A stretch of DNA of 64,000 nucleotides from a virus. Lineage: Duplodnaviria > Caudoviricetes. Each line of letters begins with the position of its first letter. Within the stretch, counting starts at the first letter, position 1. The notes beneath the pieces were generated by a model, which ran no database searches, was not told the origin of the DNA, and saw only the letters and a list, made by a program, of their open reading frames with translations. Both the position numbers and the translations under genes were made by a program. Shown here in pieces: positions 58,473 through 64,000 of this stretch. Location: the IMG/VR virus record IMGVR_UViG_3300035182_001152; one strand, given 5' to 3'.

Positions 58473-58913
58473 AATCATTGCTGATTGGCCTACATATAGC
58501 GCACAAGCTCTTGTGCTCTGGACGGGTGTCGTACCCTGGCTGCACAACACTCTTCGGGGTAAGTTGTGAGGCTGGCCTGTACAACTAGTTGCAACCCCTC
58601 ACGTGCTACACAGTAGTGGGTTACCACATTCCCGTCATCATTAGCGGGGAAATTTAACACGTTGCGTACGAACCGAATCCGCCAGTGGGCTACCCAGCTT
58701 AACAATAGCGCCACCAGTGGTGTTCTGCATTCAGGCGTAATCGCTACGCTCCCAACGCAGCTGCAAACGGGCGGATCCACAGCGCGGACAAACATAGTCT
58801 CCACCCCCGCCATTCACGCTATCGGGCGCACACGCATAAACTCTTGCTCGAGCCCTCCTCATTTAGCTACCTGCAGATAAATACTGGATCACGATATCTC
58901 CAGGAGAGTCTCC

Positions 58914-60239
58914 ATGCGTATTTCATTCCGCCAAGGTATTGTTGCAGCCCCATCAGGTTTCCTGACACTCAACAATAACACTGTCGACTTGACGATTCCT
59001 TCCCCAGACCTTGCAATCATTGCATTTGCAGATGGCGCTGCCAACTATATGCTATCGGAGCGTCTGACGATTCACAGCGCTTGGCAAGGCCCATTTACTG
59101 CAGGCTCAACCTCATACTGGTTGTACTGGGACATCAACACTACCACTGGTCAGCGCACTTTTGGCCACACGACAATTCAGCCGGTCGATGGCTCATCAGC
59201 TCCACAGAACCCCGTCAACGATCAGCATTGGTTTGACACCGTAGCAAACAAGATGAAGGTGTGGAACTCAACGGCAGGCCGCTGGATTCCAAAGATTCGT
59301 GTGTTTGCCGCTAAGCTGGCAGGCGGCTCTGTCTTCGTCAGCGTTAGCCAAAACTCTCCACAATTCACGGGTACACAAGTCGGTGCTTTCGTCAACGTCC
59401 CAACGTCAATTGGCGCACTGATTTTCGACATCAACGGTGATCCAATCAAGCGTGGAAACGCCTTCTTTACCACTGAAGACGTCACTGTTGCAGGTGTGGC
59501 ATCGGCAGCACAGGTCAAACTTGGCGCGATCATGATTCAGGCTGTTGCTACAAGCAACATTCCGGCGTATAGCATCGTCAACTTCACTGACTTCAACAAA
59601 GTTAGCCTTGCAACCAATGTCGTGATGAGCTCTGGTGCATATGGTATGATTGAAGTTGACGCCATCACCGGCGATATCGTTAATGTTGCTCTGGAAGGAG
59701 TGATTTCCAACCCACTGTGGGACTGGACGAGTGCGGGTGTGAATGCTCCTCTGTATGTCAGCTTGAACGGCACGTTGACAGCGACACCGCCTCCTAGCCC
59801 GGTAGTTGTTGCTACAGTAGTTGATAAGAACACAATTCTGCTGCGCTCAGCAATCACCACGGTTACAATTGATGGTGGCGGTGCTGGTGGCTCCCTGACC
59901 GTGAAGGACGAAAGCTCCAACGTGGTAACAGGAACAACGTCGATTAACTTCGTTGGTCCCAACATTACAGCGTCGGCTGGCGGTGCTGGTGCAGCTGTTG
60001 TGACGGTCACAACACCAGCGCCTAAGTATGATTCAATCATTGCGACTAACGGTCAAACGGTGTTCAACACTTCCGTATCCACTATCGCAAACGGGGGTGG
60101 TGTCAGCAAGCTGCAGGTCTACCGCAACGGAGTTCTGCAGCGTGAGGGTGGCTCATACACTGTTACTGGCGCAAACCAGATCACATTTACGGCAAACATC
60201 ATCACGAATGATGAGATTGCACTGTACTCATTCACCTAA
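58914..60239 (+). CDS. Fibre-associated virion protein
   Basis: LYWDIN..GQRTFGHT..HWFDTVANKMKVW; C-terminal ATNGQTVF..LQVYRNGVLQ..SYTVTG..ITF domain; late promoter at 58877. Confidence 0.75.
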   Translation: MRISFRQGIVAAPSGFLTLNNNTVDLTIPSPDLAIIAFADGAANYMLSERLTIHSAWQGPFTAGSTSYWLYWDINTTTGQRTFGHTTIQPVDGSSAPQNPVNDQHWFDTVANKMKVWNSTAGRWIPKIRVFAAKLAGGSVFVSVSQNSPQFTGTQVGAFVNVPTSIGALIFDINGDPIKRGNAFFTTEDVTVAGVASAAQVKLGAIMIQAVATSNIPAYSIVNFTDFNKVSLATNVVMSSGAYGMIEVDAITGDIVNVALEGVISNPLWDWTSAGVNAPLYVSLNGTLTATPPPSPVVVATVVDKNTILLRSAITTVTIDGGGAGGSLTVKDESSNVVTGTTSINFVGPNITASAGGAGAAVVTVTTPAPKYDSIIATNGQTVFNTSVSTIANGGGVSKLQVYRNGVLQREGGSYTVTGANQITFTANIITNDEIALYSFT

Positions 60240-60253
60240 ACGACGGAACTAAC

Positions 60254-60931
60254 ATGTCACAACCATCAGGACCACAACACGCCATTGTAGGTAACCAAAT
60301 CTACATGTTCATTGATGAACTGGCGGATGTTACCATTACCAATCCCGTCAACACGCAGGTACTCACGTACCAAGGTGGAAGCTGGGTCAACGCGAACGCC
60401 CCATCAGGTGGAGGTGGAGGTGGAGGTGGTGGACTTGAACCTCCTCAGATCCAGCGCTTGACCTCTGCATCCGAAGCGCCGATGGATGGCACCAACTATT
60501 ACGCGTGGGATCCGTTTACTCAGGAACCGCCAATGGGCTACTCGAACTCCGCGTACGTTTCCTTGGATGAATACGGTCTGGCTCTCTTTTTCGACGTTGG
60601 TGGCACTTACTCTGTAAAGCTATTGTGCACAATTACAATCGATCAGTACAACAACGCACCAACAAAGCCAATCATGTATGGCACGTCCATTCCAAACGTC
60701 ACCACATACGGTTCGCCAGCTAAGAACCATTATCGCGCTGGCGCTGTTGCGGGGGATGATCTCAGTCGGAAGGTAATTTCTTGGGACGACGAATACATCG
60801 TGTTCGCAAATCCAGGCGATAACACTCTCGTTGAAGGCTTTGTGTTTGCTGATCCATCAGAACATTCGATTCTGTACCGGATGGATATCACACTTGTGGT
60901 TACGCGGCTAGGCAACTACATCTTGTCATAA
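60254..60931 (+). CDS. Hypothetical fibre-associated protein
   Basis: IDELADVTITNPVNTQVLTYQGGSWVN fibre-type repeat; polyglycine linker. Confidence 0.7.
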   Translation: MSQPSGPQHAIVGNQIYMFIDELADVTITNPVNTQVLTYQGGSWVNANAPSGGGGGGGGGLEPPQIQRLTSASEAPMDGTNYYAWDPFTQEPPMGYSNSAYVSLDEYGLALFFDVGGTYSVKLLCTITIDQYNNAPTKPIMYGTSIPNVTTYGSPAKNHYRAGAVAGDDLSRKVISWDDEYIVFANPGDNTLVEGFVFADPSEHSILYRMDITLVVTRLGNYILS

Positions 60932-60932
60932 C

Positions 60933-61595
60933 ATGCCTCTGACGGTTGTAACTCTAACACAGTCACAGAATGAAGAAGGGCCCAACGGGGCCCTTCTTTC
61001 TCGGTGCAAGCAATCCGTAGCTAATGCACTACCTCCTGGGGCAAAGCACGAGATAGTGTTCTGCCCTCCGGAGAAGTTTGCAGAAGAACGAATGCGAACT
61101 GCGTTGATGGATGAATATGTGTGCTCTGTGGACGACGATGATGTGATAGACCCACGTGCATTGCGCGTTTGTCTTAAAGCTCTCCAGGAAACGGGTGCGG
61201 GACTGGCTTGCACGAATGAAGCTGAGACAGACATCAATCTCAACATCCGTTACGTAATGTCAGGAACCAAGTTGTACCAGAACGCTAGTCGTCACCCAAG
61301 AGTTCTTCACCACTTGGCGATGTGGCAGTCAAAGTTTGTGGATCCATACGCACTGGAATTGAACAACAAGTACACGGTGGGCATTGATTGGTTCATCAAG
61401 GTTAGCGCTGCGCTCCAAGGGGGTGCAGTACACATTCCAATGACGGGATATTTCTGGTGTCAGCACGAAAAATCAATGACCCACCAGGCCAGCAGAAACT
61501 ATCATTTCCGCGTCTCTGAGATGCGCAACGACGTGATTGCTAGGTGGGGAGATCGGCGCGGATTTATTCCGGTTTACCCAGAAGAAAAATGGTAA
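60933..61595 (+). CDS. Glycosyltransferase family 2-like protein
   Basis: TVVTLT..LLSRCKQSV beta1/alpha1; EYVCSVDDDD DxD motif; DWFI. Confidence 0.7.
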   Translation: MPLTVVTLTQSQNEEGPNGALLSRCKQSVANALPPGAKHEIVFCPPEKFAEERMRTALMDEYVCSVDDDDVIDPRALRVCLKALQETGAGLACTNEAETDINLNIRYVMSGTKLYQNASRHPRVLHHLAMWQSKFVDPYALELNNKYTVGIDWFIKVSAALQGGAVHIPMTGYFWCQHEKSMTHQASRNYHFRVSEMRNDVIARWGDRRGFIPVYPEEKW

Positions 61596-61678
61596 CTCTT
61601 CTGCGAGTTAGCATAAATAGATAGGTCAGTAATGACAGGGTAGAGAGGCTACCTTAATTGGGAACTGTTCCCAACCTC

Positions 61679-61707
61679 TTGACTTTATCCAGAAGTGAAA
61701 CTACAAT
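61679..61707 (+). promoter_or_regulatory. Sigma70-type promoter TTGACT-N17-TACAAT, with a late promoter at 61613-61619
   Basis: Upstream of gp32. Confidence 0.8.
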
Positions 61708-61781
61708 CTGTAGATGTGATCTTAGACATGAGTTCACAGACGAGAAGTTCAACAACAACTAGAAGAGAACAGGAAAACAAA

Positions 61782-62759
61782 ATGTCAAAAGCAAAAATGA
61801 GTCTGGCCGAACTGCGTGCGGCTTACAAGGAACCAGCTAAGGAAGGCGGTTCTGGCAACTCGAACTTCAACAAGTACTACCCCTTCTGGAAGATGAAGAA
61901 CGGCCAAAAGGCTATTGTTCGTTTCCTTCCGGACCGCGATGAGGGCAATCCCCGCGGCTTCATGGTAGAAAAAGTCAACCACAACCTCACGATCAACGGT
62001 CAGAAGAAGTCCGTCCCATGCTTGAGCATGTACGGTGAAGACTGCCCGATTTGCAAGGTGTCGCAAGACTACTACAAGGCAAACGACAAGGTCAATGGTT
62101 CGAAGTACTGGCGCAAGAAGAGCTACCTGGCTCAAGCAATCATCGTCGAAGATCCGCTGCCCGCAGATCCTGAGACTGGTGTGACCCACCAAGGTCAAGT
62201 GCGCAACATCACGGTCGGCTACCAGCTGAACGAAATCATCAAGGAAGCATTCGCTGACGAAGACGCGCTGCAAGGCGTGCCGTACGACTTCGAAGAAGGC
62301 CACGATTTCGTGATCAAGAAGTCCGAACAGGGCGAGTACTCCACATACACGATGGGTACGAAGTTCCAATCGAAGCAGCGTTCGCTGACCGAGGAAGAAC
62401 TGGTTGCTGTTGAAGAAGGCATGATCGAGCTGAAGACGCTTCTGCCGAAGAACCCTGGTGTTGAGAAGATCCGCGCCATGCTGAACGCTGACCTGAATGG
62501 TGAAGAATACCACGACGGCAAGTCGTCCAACTCGGACGACGGCGATGAAGATGGTGAAGCTCCTGTCCGTGCCAAGCCGGCTGCAAAGCCTGCACCTGCT
62601 AAGGTGACAAAGGTTGCAGAAGACGATGAAGACGCTGCTCCGTGGGATGAGCCAGCAAAGCCAGCTGCTAAGGCAGCACCGGCCGCAGCTGATGCAGGTT
62701 CTACGGACGTAGACGACATGCTCGCAGCAATTCGCGCACGTCGTAAGGCATCGACCTAA
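61782..62759 (+). CDS. gp32: Single-stranded DNA-binding protein, gp32-like
   Basis: YYPFWKM..VRFLPD..VPCLSMYGEDCPICK..YWRK..HDFVIKK..YSTY..S.F; acidic tail DDMLAAIRAR. Confidence 0.92.
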   Translation: MSKAKMSLAELRAAYKEPAKEGGSGNSNFNKYYPFWKMKNGQKAIVRFLPDRDEGNPRGFMVEKVNHNLTINGQKKSVPCLSMYGEDCPICKVSQDYYKANDKVNGSKYWRKKSYLAQAIIVEDPLPADPETGVTHQGQVRNITVGYQLNEIIKEAFADEDALQGVPYDFEEGHDFVIKKSEQGEYSTYTMGTKFQSKQRSLTEEELVAVEEGMIELKTLLPKNPGVEKIRAMLNADLNGEEYHDGKSSNSDDGDEDGEAPVRAKPAAKPAPAKVTKVAEDDEDAAPWDEPAKPAAKAAPAAADAGSTDVDDMLAAIRARRKAST

Positions 62760-62770
62760 TTGGTCTGGTT

Positions 62771-62792
62771 GGAGAGAGCCTAGGCTCTCTCC
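62771..62792 (+). terminator. 22-bp perfect palindrome, probable terminator or attenuator
   Basis: GGAGAGAGCCTAGGCTCTCTCC followed by CTTTCCTTT. Confidence 0.6.
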
Positions 62793-62813
62793 CTTTCCTT
62801 TAAGGAGTGCCTC

Positions 62814-62999
62814 ATGCGCAAGCAAAATCGTCCGCTAGACACCTCCGAAACTCGCACAATCATTCAATCAAAGATTGAACAGATGTCCGTGCGTCAGCTT
62901 CTTCAACGAGATAGCTTAGTTTTGCAGGGATACACACAAGAAGAGGCCATTAAAATGGTCCTGGAGGTAACAAATGGCAAAAGCCAAATCGGTGTTTGA
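62814..62999 (+). CDS. Small hypothetical protein
   Basis: SD AAGGAG; overlaps the uvsX start. Confidence 0.6.
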   Translation: MRKQNRPLDTSETRTIIQSKIEQMSVRQLLQRDSLVLQGYTQEEAIKMVLEVTNGKSQIGV

Positions 63000-64000
63000 C
63001 TTCGTTGAGAAGTTTGACAAAGAACTAGAGGGAATGGAGAACGTTGGTACGTCTTCACTTCCTCCTCGTTACTGGTATTCTACCGGTAACTATGTGCTGA
63101 ACCGAATCATTTCGGGCAGCTTCAAAAACGGAATTCCGCAAGGTCGAATTACCGACCTTGCTGGTCCGTCAGGCTCTGGTAAGAGTTTCATCTCTGCCAA
63201 CCTAGTTGCAGCAGCACAAAAGCAAGGCGCTTACTGCCTTGTGATTGACAGTGAAAACGCACTAGATAATGACTTCATATCGAAGATCGGCGTCGACGTT
63301 GAAAACAGCTACAAGTACCTCAGCGTCACAACGATTCCCGATGTGACAAAGGTTGTGTCCTCGTTCCTCAAGAAGTACAAGGAACAAGTGGGAGAGGCTG
63401 AAGATGCACCGCAAGTGCTGATTCTGATTGACTCACTGGACATGCTGATGACAGAAACCGAACTTGACCACTACGATAAGGGTGTGTCCAAGGGCGATCA
63501 AGGTCAGAAGAACAAGCAACTGAAGGCGATGCTTCGCACGTTCGTGCAAGACATCAAGCACCTCAATGTCGCTATGATCGTCACGTCGCAGGTGTACAAG
63601 AACCAAGACCTGTTGAACGGTGAAGGTGTGTGGATCGTCTCCGACGCTGTGAAGTACGCTGCATCCCAAATCATCTTGATCCAGAAGCGCAAGCTGAAGG
63701 ATGAAGGTAAGGGTGCAAAGGTTGGCGATTTCGCTGGCGTTCGCATGATCTGCGAAGGCTACAAGACACGTTTCACGAAGCCGTTCCAGAAGGTTGAAGT
63801 TGAAGTGCCGTATGAAACTGGCATGGATCCACTGTCTGGTCTGCTAGAAGTGGCAAAGGCTGTTGGGGTGATTGTCCAGCACGGCAGCTGGTACACAATG
63901 GCGGGCAAGGAGGAAAAGTGGCGCAGTTCCGACCTCGAAGCATACCTCGATGAAATTATCGAGGCGCTGGAAGCAAAGACCACAGCTTTCCTCGACGCAG
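62974..64000 (+). CDS. uvsX: UvsX/RecA-like recombinase, partial (runs off the right edge; missing from the ORF track)
   Basis: ATG after GGAGG; STGNYVLNRIISGS..GIPQGRI..AGPSGSGKSF..IDSE..IDSL..KGDQG..YKTRFTKPF. Confidence 0.95.
   Translation, partial: MAKAKSVFDFVEKFDKELEGMENVGTSSLPPRYWYSTGNYVLNRIISGSFKNGIPQGRITDLAGPSGSGKSFISANLVAAAQKQGAYCLVIDSENALDNDFISKIGVDVENSYKYLSVTTIPDVTKVVSSFLKKYKEQVGEAEDAPQVLILIDSLDMLMTETELDHYDKGVSKGDQGQKNKQLKAMLRTFVQDIKHLNVAMIVTSQVYKNQDLLNGEGVWIVSDAVKYAASQIILIQKRKLKDEGKGAKVGDFAGVRMICEGYKTRFTKPFQKVEVEVPYETGMDPLSGLLEVAKAVGVIVQHGSWYTMAGKEEKWRSSDLEAYLDEIIEALEAKTTAFLDA

Noticed and set aside
1-64000. Stop-codon reassignment
   Set aside because: Core genes are full length under the standard code. 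In-frame TAG/TGA codons occur only in clearly decayed fragments.
1-64000. CRISPR, TIGR or other repeat-spacer arrays; tRNA genes
   Set aside because: I saw no regularly spaced non-coding repeats or cloverleaf motifs. The repeats found are within proteins (fibres, neck).

Overview
This 64-kb window comes from a large T4-like (jumbo-type) myovirus genome of roughly 50% GC, read with the standard genetic code. It holds most of the virion morphogenesis cluster and part of the replication/recombination module. From left to right: a >1700-aa virion protein running off the left edge; baseplate genes (gp6-, gp25-, gp5-like, a hub protein with an SLT domain, gp53-like, tube initiator); late sigma factor gp55 with gp47/gp46 (Mre11/Rad50); three tandem paralogues; RuvC; an HNH nuclease; a ~340-nt structured non-coding stretch; a gp26/gp51-like chaperone pair; tape measure, portal, protease, scaffold and major capsid genes; neck, tail terminator, sheath and tube genes; gp4 and the terminases; an HD/kinase RNA-repair unit; tail fibres; a glycosyltransferase; gp32; and uvsX running off the right edge. 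A NATAAATA late-promoter motif precedes about 25 genes, and four sigma70-type promoters drive non-structural islands. Homing endonucleases are present both intact and decayed. The best leads are (1) a candidate structured ncRNA downstream of RuvC-HNH, (2) a candidate -1 ribosomal frameshift fusing the gp26- and gp51-like chaperones, (3) a ribosome-binding-site-sequestering hairpin split by a homing endonuclease insertion, (4) the paralogue triplet and (5) a split HD-Pnk RNA-repair unit. All assignments come from motif recognition by eye; no database searches or folding programs were run.
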